Shown: positions 62,039 to 64,000 of the stretch, piece by piece
Layout: the number at the start of each line of letters is the position of its first letter
How positions within the stretch are numbered: position 1 is the stretch's first letter
Assembly (NCBI GenBank): GCA_965223665.1
Contig: OZ245011.1
Coordinates: 416,001-480,000 of the forward strand
Source: Nitrospinaceae bacterium
GTDB lineage: Bacteria; Nitrospinota; Nitrospinia; Nitrospinales; Nitrospinaceae
Direction of reading: 5' to 3'
Length of the DNA: 64,000 nucleotides
Made by a program: the position numbers and the translations under genes
Notes under the pieces: generated by a model
Database searches by the model: none
What the model was told of the DNA's origin: nothing
What the model saw: only the letters and a program-made list of their open reading frames with translations

Positions 62039-62243
62039 AAAAAGTTTAGTAAGGATTTTTTGACAAGGAGTTAAATACGCTATTTATTGGATTGGTCTTT
62101 TGAAAAATCAAAAATGGTTTGAAAAGCTATGATTTTAATAAGAGTAAGGCTTTTGTCTATTGAGGTCTAATAAACTTACCCCTTTAGTTTTAATTACTTA
62201 TCTATATGAATTATCATAGGTAAGCCTTCATGTAAAGTATAAA

Positions 62244-62290
62244 ATACCTTATATAGTGTGGTAATAAGCGAGTAATACTATATATTGAAA
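62244..62290. promoter_or_regulatory. Tandem NrdR-box-like palindromes
   Basis: ATACCTTATATAGTGT (62244-62259) and ATACTATATATTGAAA (62275-62290), 31 bp apart; consensus acaCwAtATaTwGtg. Confidence 0.6.
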
Positions 62291-62512
62291 CTTACTTTTC
62301 CATCCATTTATTGGTTTTGCGAGACTTTAAGACAAAATAAATTAAAACTCTTTTGCTTAGAGGTCATCCTATAAATTGACCCATCTCTTAATAAACGAGG
62401 GGATCATTTCAAATTCTCCTAAGGGTTACAGATAAATATTGTCATGTTAATATAAAATTTTTTTAGTCATTTAATTTCCCTTTTCGGGGTTAAAAATAAT
62501 TTGGAGAAATCG

Positions 62513-63610
62513 ATGTCTGATCAAGATTTACAAGTAAAAGTAATGAGTGCTTTGAAAACTGTAATGGATCCTGATTTACATAAAAATATTGTCGATTTGG
62601 GTTTTGTAAAAAATATGGAAATAAAAAATGGAGTGGTTAAGTTTGATGTCGAGTTGACCACCCCTGCCTGTCCGGTTAAAGAACAATTAAAAAATGAATG
62701 CTCCGAAAAGGTGGGAGAGATCGAAGGTGTTCAATCAGTCGATGTGAATATGACTGCCACTGTGCGTCCTTCAGAACACACAAAACCCATTTTAACTGGT
62801 GTTAAAAATATTATTGCCGTTGCCAGCGGAAAAGGCGGTGTGGGTAAGTCAACAGTCAGCACTAACCTGGCTATGGCGTTAGGATTAACGGGAGCAACAG
62901 TAGGGTTGATGGATGGAGATGTTTATGGGCCGAGCATCCCAAAAATGTTGGGAATCCCAATTACTCCTCCTAAAGGCGGACCGGATAATAAGTTTTTCCC
63001 ACATGAGAAATATGGGCTCAAAGTGGTATCCGCCGGTTTTTTGACTGAAGAAGGCCAACCACTCATGTTGAGAGGGCCTATGTTAGGTGGAATTATTCAA
63101 CAATTTTTACAAAATGTTGAATGGGGAGAATTGGATTATTTGGTGATCGATTTGCCCCCTGGAACTGGAGATGTCCAATTGACTTTAACTCAACGAGCCC
63201 CTTTGTCGGGTGGAGTAATTGTTACTACGCCTCAGCAAATAAGTCTGATTGATGCTGAGAAAGGAGTAAAGATGTTCCAGCAAGTCAAAGTTCCGGTACT
63301 TGGGGTTGTAGAAAATATGAGCTACTTTTTATGCGATGGTTGCGATAAGAAACATCAAATATTTCAAAGTGGAGCGGGTCAACAGTTAGCCGATCAATTT
63401 AAAATTCCTTTATTAGGTGAAGTCCCTTTAGTTCCGGAAGTTGTGCAGGGAGGAGATACCGGAGTTCCTATCATTTTAGAAAACCCGGACTCTCCAGCAT
63501 CTTTGGCCTATAAGCAATTAGCGGGTCAAGTGGCCGCGCAAATTAGTATTAATCAATCCAAAGAGGAAGGAAAAATTGATTCCAGTTTTGAATTGGCTTG
63601 GAAAAGCTAG
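62513..63610 (+). CDS. mrp: Mrp/ApbC/NBP35 Fe-S cluster carrier ATPase with N-terminal DUF59-like domain
   Basis: VMDPDL..IVDLG, TTPACP, ASGKGGVGKST, DVYGPS, DLPPGTGD, ENMSYFLCDGC. Confidence 0.93.
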   Translation: MSDQDLQVKVMSALKTVMDPDLHKNIVDLGFVKNMEIKNGVVKFDVELTTPACPVKEQLKNECSEKVGEIEGVQSVDVNMTATVRPSEHTKPILTGVKNIIAVASGKGGVGKSTVSTNLAMALGLTGATVGLMDGDVYGPSIPKMLGIPITPPKGGPDNKFFPHEKYGLKVVSAGFLTEEGQPLMLRGPMLGGIIQQFLQNVEWGELDYLVIDLPPGTGDVQLTLTQRAPLSGGVIVTTPQQISLIDAEKGVKMFQQVKVPVLGVVENMSYFLCDGCDKKHQIFQSGAGQQLADQFKIPLLGEVPLVPEVVQGGDTGVPIILENPDSPASLAYKQLAGQVAAQISINQSKEEGKIDSSFELAWKS

Positions 63611-63662
63611 TTTCAGAAAGACTGGATTGAATTTTTTTAGTAAATAGAGAAAGAAAAATTAA

Positions 63663-64000
63663 ATGAATGATAATAATGCAGAAAATCCCACTCCAAAGGA
63701 CATTAAACAAATTGATGAGATGACTTTGGGTATTACCTGGTTAGATGGACACGAATCCACTTACCCGGTAAAACTTCTTAGAGAAAAGTGTCCTTGTGCA
63801 AATTGTATTGACGAATGGACGGGGGAAAAAAAAATTCTTCCTGGTACTATTCCTGATTCCATAAAACCTTTAAAACTAAAAGCGGTTGGATTGTATGCCA
63901 TTCAAATAGACTGGAATGATGGCCATAGTACAGGTCTATACCCTCATGAGCTTCTTCGAAGTTTATGCCAATGTGGAGAGTGCACTTCAATACCATCTGA
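63663..64000 (+). CDS. DUF971 (GBBH-like N-terminal) protein, 3' end truncated by window; not in the ORF track
   Basis: Manual translation from ATG 63663 gives ..ITWLDGHESTY..LREKCPCANCIDEWTG..VGLYAIQIDWNDGHSTGLY..CQCGEC, still open at the window end. Confidence 0.88.
   Translation, partial: MNDNNAENPTPKDIKQIDEMTLGITWLDGHESTYPVKLLREKCPCANCIDEWTGEKKILPGTIPDSIKPLKLKAVGLYAIQIDWNDGHSTGLYPHELLRSLCQCGECTSIPS

Overview
AT-rich (visually ~35% GC) chromosomal segment of a diderm bacterium. The LRR/NHL/propeller expansions and Bat operon resemble Nitrospinota or related deltaproteobacteria-like lineages, but this is inference only. It is mostly housekeeping: pyrD, alr, a MoxR-DUF58-BatABCDE cluster, a complete trpE-G-D-C-F-B-A operon, proA, dprA-topA-trmFO, topoisomerase IV-like A/B subunits, and mrp plus a DUF971 gene. 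I found no rRNA, tRNA, CRISPR array, transposase or prophage gene. The top candidate for an undescribed system is a four-gene minus-strand operon at 10077-15475, with no flagellar genes in the window. It encodes a MotB with a ~280-aa cytoplasmic coiled-coil tail, a class I adenylate cyclase placed between motB and motA, a MotA/PomA, and a pentapeptide-repeat protein. Also notable are tandem PilB/GspE ATPases with NKFDE-type GAF domains, a highly paired ~120-145 nt RNA candidate behind a sigma70 promoter (46633-46779), tandem NrdR-like boxes by the topoisomerase genes, Pho-box-like repeats between a PhoB-like regulator and an XRE gene, and a yccA cassette splitting the Bat operon. All calls come from motif recognition by eye; no searches were run.
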